Positions 55,514 through 64,000 of a stretch of 64,000 nucleotides of DNA are shown piece by piece. The stretch lies in contig NC_043006.1 in NCBI RefSeq assembly GCF_006345805.1, positions 81,778,001 through 81,842,000 on the forward strand, given 5' to 3'. Position numbers and translations under genes: made by a program. Position 1 is the stretch's first letter. The number at the start of each line of letters is the position of its first letter. The notes under the pieces were generated by a model that ran no database searches, was not told where the DNA came from, and saw only the letters and a list, made by a program, of their open reading frames with translations. This DNA comes from Octopus sinensis. Taxonomy: Eukaryota.

Positions 55514-56245
55514 CACACATACACACACACATGGATGTACTTCGTAATGCATTTTGTATGTGGGTTTACAGATATAGTGAAATTACGGAGAGGGTCAATT
55601 TCTAATGTGTGGAGGTTTTTTTCCTGCTGACATCATTTTGTGAGTCTGAGACCGAAGTCCATATTTTTGGACATTCCTCAAAAGGGACTATGCTGCTAGA
55701 GCAGATTCTCTTCATGATCATTCTCAAATAATATAAAGGAGAGGTGTGTACACGTGTGTGTGTGTGTGTGTGTGTGCACTTAACATGGATATACTTTTAT
55801 CTTTTATCTTCTATCTTGCTTAAGTCATTTGACTGTGGCCATGCTGGGGCACTGCCTTGAAGGGTGAGTCACAATACTGCAGTGTTCATCTTGAGAAAGC
55901 ATTTTGTATAGATGTATAATGCTAAAAATCATAGAAGTATCAGTCTGTATGAGAAGTTTTCTCAAGACAAATACTGCAGTATTGTGGCTTTCTTACAGTA
56001 CACCTGCATTAAGTAAGATTAAGAGATTGCTATTTTGAACTGATATTGGTTTAGTCACTAATAGAAAATATATACATGTGGGGGTGGGAGGTACGTGTGT
56101 GTGTGTGCATGTGTGTTGTATATGTGTGTATATTAATGTGTATAAATATATACAATGCATGTACGTGTGTGAATGTGTACGTATATGCTTATATGTATAT
56201 GAATGTGTGTATATGCATGTATGTACATGCATATGTATATGCATG

Positions 56246-56281
<36 letters not shown>

Positions 56282-56386
56282 TATACATGTAATGTTAGTG
56301 GGGTGGGGTGTATGTATGAGTGTGCATGTATGTTGTATATGTCATAACAATTACAAAACTTCAAGAGAGTTAAAATAATTCGTATG

Positions 56387-56453
<67 letters not shown>

Positions 56454-56522
56454 TGTGCATGTGTATGTATATGTATATGAATGTATATATATGCATGTAT
56501 ATGCATGTGTAAATGCATGCGT

Positions 56523-56567
<45 letters not shown>

Positions 56568-56739
56568 ATATGTACATGTAAGGTTAGAGGGGTGGTTCAT
56601 GTGTGCTGCTGGAAGAAGACAAGAAACACATGACAGAAATAAATTTGAAAATATCCTCGCCATTTTTCTTGTTCTATCACTATTGCTACTACAGTTTTCT
56701 AAAAGTACTTTTACTGTGGCTTTTCCAAATGATTATATT

Positions 56740-56993
56740 AATGTCGGTCAACTCAGTTCGTTTCTGTAGAACAGGTATCAGACGACAAACGTGTTGCAAT
56801 AATTAATTTGATTTCTTATTCCACTATGTCATCTTTGCCTGTCATCCTTCTGGGTTGACTAAAATAAAGTACCAATCATGTACTTACATTGATTAAAACC
56901 TTCATCTCCCAAAATGTCGGAGGCCTTGTGCTTATCTTAGAAACAATCATTATTATTATCATTCTTTTCTTCTTATAATTATTATTATTATTA

Positions 56994-57033
<40 letters not shown>

Positions 57034-57034
57034 G

Positions 57035-57113
<79 letters not shown>

Positions 57114-57141
57114 GATTATTATTATTATTATTATTATTATG

Positions 57142-57203
<62 letters not shown>

Positions 57204-57232
57204 GATTATTATTGTTATTATTATTATTATTA

Positions 57233-57269
<37 letters not shown>

Positions 57270-57295
57270 GATTATTATTATTTATTATTATTATG

Positions 57296-57334
<39 letters not shown>

Positions 57335-57368
57335 TTTATTAATATATTATTATTATTATTATTATTAA

Positions 57369-57413
<45 letters not shown>

Positions 57414-58095
57414 CATCACCATCATCATCATCATCATGAAAGTGATAAGCTGGCAGAAAAGAAAGTACCAGTTGAGTACTGAGTCAATGTAATCGACTTA
57501 ACCCCAGCCCCGAAATTGCTGGCCTTGTGCCATAATTTGAAGCCATTATTATTATCATTGATTAGTTGATTGATTGGTTAATTAGCAGAATAAGCAGAGC
57601 AACATATAAAAATACCTTGTGCTATTTAATCATCTCTCCTTATATTCTGGGTTTCAATCCCATTGACGTCAACTTTACTTTTCAGTTTCATCTTTTTCTG
57701 GGGTCACTCAAAAAGAACTACTAGTCACATACTGGGGTTCATTTGACTGACTGTTTCTTCCCTCCAAATTTGTGGCCCTTGTGCCTATGTAAGAAACAAT
57801 GATTCTTATTCTTATTATTATTGTTGTTGTTTTTGTTGTTCTTATGGTGGTAGTGGTGGTGGTGATGTTGGTGGTGATGGTGTTGATAGTGGTGGTGATG
57901 AGTCTTGTATGTTTGAGGTAATCTCCCATCAAACCCGATTTCCCATTGGAGCAATTCGTTTCACTAGCATGACTACCTGTTGTCTTTGGAAAATGGCACA
58001 GCTGTTACAAACAAACCTATTCAAGTTTTACAAGCCCTGTCCTTATGAAAGTGTCGATGCCATGAAGGTCTCCATAAAATACAACCATAACTATG

Positions 58096-58161
<66 letters not shown>

Positions 58162-58860
58162 ATGGAAGGTGGGAAGCTGGCAGAATCGTTAGCATGCTGG
58201 GCAAAATACTTAGCAGTATTTTGTCCGTCTTTACATTCTGAGTTCAAATTCTGCCAAGGTTGACTTTGCCTTTCATCCTTTCAGGGTTGATAAATTAAGT
58301 ACCAGTTGCCTACTGGGGCTGATCTAATAGACTGGTCCCACCCAAAAAATTTCAGATTTTGTGCCTAGAGTAGAAAAGATTATTATTATTATTATTATTT
58401 TTTTTTATTGAAGGCAGTGAGCTGGCAGAGTTGATAACATGCCAGATAGAATGGTTAGCTGCATTTCGTCTGTCTACACATTCTGAGTTCAAATTCTGCC
58501 AAGGTCGACTTTGCCTTTCATCCCTTCAGGGTCAATAAATTAAGTACCAGTGAAACACTGGGGTTGATGTAATCAACTAGTTCCCTCCCCAAAATTTGAG
58601 GCCTTGTGCTTTTAATAGAAAAGATTATTATCATTATTATTGAAGGCAGTGAACTGGCAGAATCGTTAGCACACCAGACAAAATACACAGTGGAATTGCA
58701 TCTGTCTTTACATTCTGAGTTCGAATTCTGCTGAGGTCAGCTATGACTTTCATCCCTTCAGGGTCGATAAAATAAGTACCAGTTGAACATTGGGTATTGA
58801 TATAATTGACTTACCCTCTCCCATAGAACTGTTGGCCTTGTGCCGAAACTTGAAAACCAT
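56740..58860 (+). mobile_element. Stack of family A SINEs with long (ATT)n arrays (about 56950-57435 is largely ATT)
   Basis: At least six copies in the same orientation, mostly preceded and followed by (ATT)n. Confidence 0.85.
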
Positions 58861-59612
58861 CATTACAGTTATCATTGCTATTTATTAAAGATAAACATTT
58901 TGCAGGTGTAATTAGTGCTTCTTTCTTTCAAAGAGATCAACAAATTACAATTGTGAAGTAAATTAAAAAAAAAAGGTCTTGTTTTTTTTGTTTCTTTCAT
59001 TAATTTTTAAAAATTTATTTTTTAACCTAAGTATTGAGACTACAATGGAATTGTCGTTCAAATTGTGTTGAAATTGTATTTAAACTGTGTTGAAATTGTT
59101 GAAACTGTGCTGCTCAGATGAAAATTAACTTTCCAATATTTTACCTCCTTGTTTTTGTTTTTATTATTCCAATGTTATTATTCTTCCTGTTGGACAATTT
59201 GTAAAGAAAAAAATGGCAATAGTTTGATGCATAAAAGATATTTAAATAAAGACATTTTATCACAGCATTTAAAAATCTTGGAATCCAAAAGCCTACTCGT
59301 TTATTCATTTGCTATAGTCCTGTTGCTGATCTTTTTATTTATTTATGTTATTTTCATTTATTTATTTGAAGATGTGAGGATGTAGGGAGAGGAAGAGCGA
59401 ATTTCCTTAGTGTTTTTTTGTGTTTTATTGCTTTTCTTGTTGTCATTTTTTTTCCCATTTATACATCAAACCAGTGTGTATATCAGTGTGGTGCTTATTT
59501 TATCGATCTCAATTTATTGAAAATCTAGTAGGCCATTTTTGGCATAAAGGATCAAGATCAATTTAAGCTTATAAACATAAACACAGACAAAACTCACAAA
59601 CATACAAACACA

Positions 59613-59656
<44 letters not shown>

Positions 59657-60459
59657 TGCATACATGCATATATATTTACATAGATGCATACGTAAATACA
59701 TACATTTTACATATATATATATATGTATTATTATTATTATTATTATTATTATATTATTATTATCATTATTATTATTATTATTATCATTATTATTATTGAG
59801 TAAGAGAGCAATGTATGCCATCAAAGTGACACTGGAGTAAAATATACGAAGCCTAGTATACTCATCATGACTACCCGTCTGATAAGGGTACACTAGGCAC
59901 ATGCATCACAATCATATGTACGTGACATTCACATACCAAGAAAAGTGGAATGTCAAGAATCCAGCTAAGTATGATTGGCTTTGGAAGAAACTCTACAGGT
60001 TATGATACTAAATGAAGAGTAACGGAAAGGTGAAATTGCAGCAAAAAATTTAAGTTATATTTAGGAGAAAAATGTTTGCTACTAAAGAACTAACTCGCAC
60101 CTGGGCTACACTTGAATGCAAAATTTTAGTCATATGCCCCTGGCTTCCATAATAAAAAGTATTTTTTTCAGATAGGCTCTTACAGAGAATGGAAATGACC
60201 AAGACTATATATATATATATGATAGTGACACTCATTCACAACTACCACATGGGGTAAAGATAAGGAGATACACATACATATACTTATATGATAACCATAA
60301 TGATATCCGCAAAGCAACTAATGATGGAGGTATGTTGGATTATTGGCATGGTTGTTTTTGTATATGTGGAATAGTATTATAACACATTCTTTTGATACAG
60401 ATGCATATGTGTGTGTGTATGTCTGTCTGTTTGGCTGGCTGGCTGACTGGCTGTCTGTC

Positions 60460-60491
<32 letters not shown>

Positions 60492-61769
60492 TGTATACTA
60501 CAGGCTTCTTTCATTTCCATCAACCAAACAAGCTCACAAGGTTTTTGTCCTCCCAGGGATATAGGAGAAGACTTTTACCCAAGGTACAACACAGTGAAAC
60601 AGAACTCAGAACTGTGTAGTTGGGAAGCAATCTTCTTACAACAGAGTGACTCCTGTGCTTACAGTTACACTTGCGCCTATGTATGTATGTATGTATGTAT
60701 GTATGTACGTATGTATGTATGTATGTATGTATGTATACATTATTCTTTAACATTTGCTTTGCATACTGGCTTAGATTAGACAGTTTGACAAGGGCTGGCA
60801 AGACAGAAGACTGTACCACACTCAACGGTCTGCTTTGGCATGGTTTTTATGCCATTCCTAATAACAACCATTTTACATAGTGTACTGAGTGTTGTTTTTT
60901 ATATGGCACTAGCACCAGCGTGGTCACCAAGTACCTTGCAAGAATGGGATCTTTCATTTGAATGGTAGCAAGTACTATTAAGGGAGGTGGTTTTGTGCCA
61001 GGTAATGAGATGTTAGGGCATGACATAGGGACAGAAACAGCTGTCTTAAAGCAGACAAGATACGTGGTTACTCCAGTTGGAAAACGAGAGGACGGAAAAA
61101 GTGGAGAAGGTAAGAGAGACAGAAACAGTGAAGCAGTAGTCAAGGCATTTCCTCAAAACTACAGGGAGGTGTATATAAGCGGTATGGGGGATTATATAGG
61201 GTAAGTGGGCATACCTGAGAGTGCAAAAGCTACATGGGAGATAGAAGGGAGAAGAGTGTAATAAATAGTGAGAACAGGTGATGAGAGATGTTAGGAAGAT
61301 GTGTTGTAAGGAGAAATATTTTTTTTTGCCCTTTTCAAGCCTAGCCAGGCTCATGGGCCCAGTTTCCTGGTTTCTGTGGCGTACATGTTCCCCCCAGCTG
61401 GACGGGACACCAGTCCATCACAGCATTACCCAAGAAACAGGAGGAAAGAGTGAGAGAAAGTTAGGGCAAAAGAGTACAACAGGGGTTTCCCCCACCCACT
61501 GCTGGAGCTTCATGGAGCTTTAGGTGTTTTTGCTCAATAAACACACACAACGCCCAGTCTGGGAATCAAAAAGAGTGATCCTCCGACCGCGAGTCCGCTG
61601 CCCTAACCACTGGGCCATTGCGCCTCCAAGGGAGAAATTTACCATGAACAAATTATATGCATGGGCATAAATATAAAACATATGCCTTTATGTGAAAGCT
61701 TGAAAGAAATTAATCGAGTTTGCTCCAATGGGTGTGCCATGTCAGTGTGTATGTATAACCGAGTGTTAA

Positions 61770-62400
61770 CGTATTGAGAGAAACATTGGGCATAAGAGGC
61801 ATCAGATGTGGTGTACAACAGAGACGTTTGTGCTGGACAGTTATGTGATGTGTATAGATGAGAACAGCTGCGGAAAAAGAGCCGATCTCTAACTGTGGAG
61901 GGAACCTGTGGAAGAGATAGATCCAGAAAGACATGGTACTCGGTGGTGAAGCATGATCTTTGAATGTAGATTCTCATGGAGGTGATGACGAGTGATCGTA
62001 ACTTTTGGTGGTTTGCTGTGCTCAAGAAGACGTGTGAAGCCAAATAAAATCGTAGATGTGGCCAGTGCAGGTGACTTGTAACAGCTTCTGTGACAGTGAC
62101 ACGTAAAAGCACCTGTGCCAGTGACATGTAAAAGCACCCCGTCTCGGTGACACATAAAACCACCCATGCCGGTGAAACAAAATAGTATCCATGCCGGTGA
62201 CATGTAAAAGTCACCCACAACACTTTCGATGTAGATGGAATTAGGAAGGGCATCAAACAATAGAAACAAAGCCAAATTCAGATTGGAATCTGGTGCAGCT
62301 TTCTGGCTTTGCAGTTCTAGTCAAGCTGTCTATCCCACACCAGCATAGAAAGCAGACGTTAAATGATGGTGCAGATGGTGATGATGATGATGATGATATA
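61770..62400 (+). mobile_element. RTE 3-prime end with short internal tandem repeats and (GAT)n tail
   Basis: Remnant translation LGIRGIRCGVQQRRL...VEGTCGR...RKTW; repeats of gtgaca(c/t)(g/a)taaaa...cacc at about 62090-62220. Confidence 0.65.
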
Positions 62401-63778
62401 TATATATATCGTCAGTGGACCAAATATCCGAAAAGGAAGCCCACTCTAGACTTTAGAGTAGTGATGTATTTACAGGAAGTTTTTATTCTTTTACTTGTTC
62501 CATTTATTTGACTGCAGCCATGCTGGATCACCACCTTAAAGGTTTTTTAGCCAAACAAATGACCCAAGAACTTATTCTTTGTAAATCTAGTACTTATTCT
62601 ATAGGTACCGTTAGCTGAACCACTAATTTACGGGAACCTAAACGCATTAGCATCAGTTGTCAAGTGACGGCAGGCGGACAAATGCAAACACACACACACA
62701 AATATATATTTATATGATAAGCCTCTTTTAGTTTCTGTCTACCAAATCCAGTCACAAGGCTTTGGTTAGCCTGAGGCCATAGCAGAAGACACTTGCCCAA
62801 GGTGCCACGCAGTGGGACTGAACCCAGAACCATATGATTGAGAGGCAAGCTTCTTACCACATAGCCACACTTGTGCCTAAATAAAACTTAGATATGTTTC
62901 GATCAAAGATTGGCTCAGGCAATGTCTAACTTAATAGCACCAGCCGATAGGAATTGTTGAGTCATTTTTAAGTTACATTTTGCGGTATCTTGGCTAATGC
63001 AAGAGAGCCCTTGGTTGAGATGTATAGAGGTATGCGTAGGTGGTTTTATAACACGAGGTATTATAAACCGCACTTGTAATTCAAAGCTCCAGCCTTGTCA
63101 CACTCTATCACGCTGATTCTGCTTGAGAATTAAAGTAAGAGTACACATGTCGATGGTATATTCAGCCACTTTGCACGGTAACTCCATGTATAGGTTTCCG
63201 ACTTCTTCGGAACACGAGTATGAAAGATAGACATGAAAACATGTCATAAAGTTTATTTATAATGTGAATATTATATTAGTGGTAGTGTAAAGCATCACAT
63301 ACGGACAGAAACGTGTAAGTGCAACATCATCGTTAAGTCACGAAGGGGAAAAACAAAACAAATAGCGAACATAATATTAAACGTGAAATCAAGAAAACAA
63401 TGAAGTTACATGTCAAAGGGAAGTAACTCTAAATAGTTTTCTACAACCGGTGTAAAAGCTTCAAGCTATCTGAAATGTATTTCAAATAAACCCGAAGTCT
63501 GAATTACAGGCACGCATGGATACAGCGGGAATTATCAACATGCTACAGGATCTGAAGCTAGACTAAGCAGCGTATTTATGATGTCCCTATCGTTGCGTAC
63601 AAACACGCACGCGTGTGTATGAATACGCACACGGCAAACATTCGCACTTTCGTACATACACACATACATGCAATATGAAGGAAATTTGACTGGAAAGGGT
63701 CTGAGGGAGATTTGGTGTTTCTTATTTCTTATTTCTTTACTGCCCACAAGGGGCTACACACAGAGGGGAAAACAAGGA

Positions 63779-64000
63779 TGGTGGCAGGGCGATCTTCACG
63801 ATGGAGTCAGTTGATAGCTGGAGCAGGTGTTCGATATAAACCCACAAGTCAGCAATGCTCGGGCACTGGATGGGTATATACAAGACTGTTTCGTCGCCCT
63901 GCTCTCACCTCCATGCCTGCAGAGTTTATCCCAAATCAACAATACTCCTTGGTTGTACTGTCAGGCCAGGGATTTCTGAAAGTTCTTCATGAGCTCCGGT
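63779..64000 (-). mobile_element. L1/Tx1-type LINE ORF2 C-terminal (zf-RVT-like) fragment running off the window
   Basis: Minus-strand frame GDETVLYIPIQCPSIADLWVYIEHLL resembles the ETxxHxxxxCP...LW zinc-binding motif of L1/Tx1 ORF2. Confidence 0.55.

Noticed and set aside
60962-61204. 80-aa ORF with gtaag donor-like sites
   Set aside because: Its first half matches the body of the family E repeat at 10290-10380, so it is repeat-derived.
61639-62275. 205-aa and 128-aa minus-strand ORFs
   Set aside because: Antisense to an RTE 3-prime end and its tandem repeats.

Overview
Eukaryotic, very AT-rich, microsatellite-saturated DNA. Its SINE families and repeat landscape point to an octopus-like cephalopod genome (inference from repeat recognition, not a database search). 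No prokaryotic features, CRISPR arrays, rRNA or true tRNA genes are supported. One protein-coding gene is well supported: its last three coding exons on the + strand (2229-2466, 10629-10714, 25616-25735) splice in frame into an unrecognised charged, coiled-coil-like C-terminus. The rest is mostly tRNA-derived SINEs of several families, RTE, L1/Tx1 and Gypsy-like fragments, a 789-bp Tigger/pogo-type element with perfect 26-bp TIRs and an intact in-frame mini-ORF, and simple repeats. Almost all ORFs in the supplied track are microsatellite artefacts. The main signal is a set of fold-back (inverted-repeat) elements from unrelated repeat families. Most carry a minimal type I hammerhead-ribozyme-like motif of the kind known from Penelope-like elements, and the core 3-8 pair covaries between families (C-G, U-A, A-U). 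One is a tRNA-headed SINE with a hammerhead-bearing tail, inserted as a head-to-head dimer with a 10-bp target-site duplication. All folds were done by eye and catalytic activity is untested. Most repeat boundaries are approximate.
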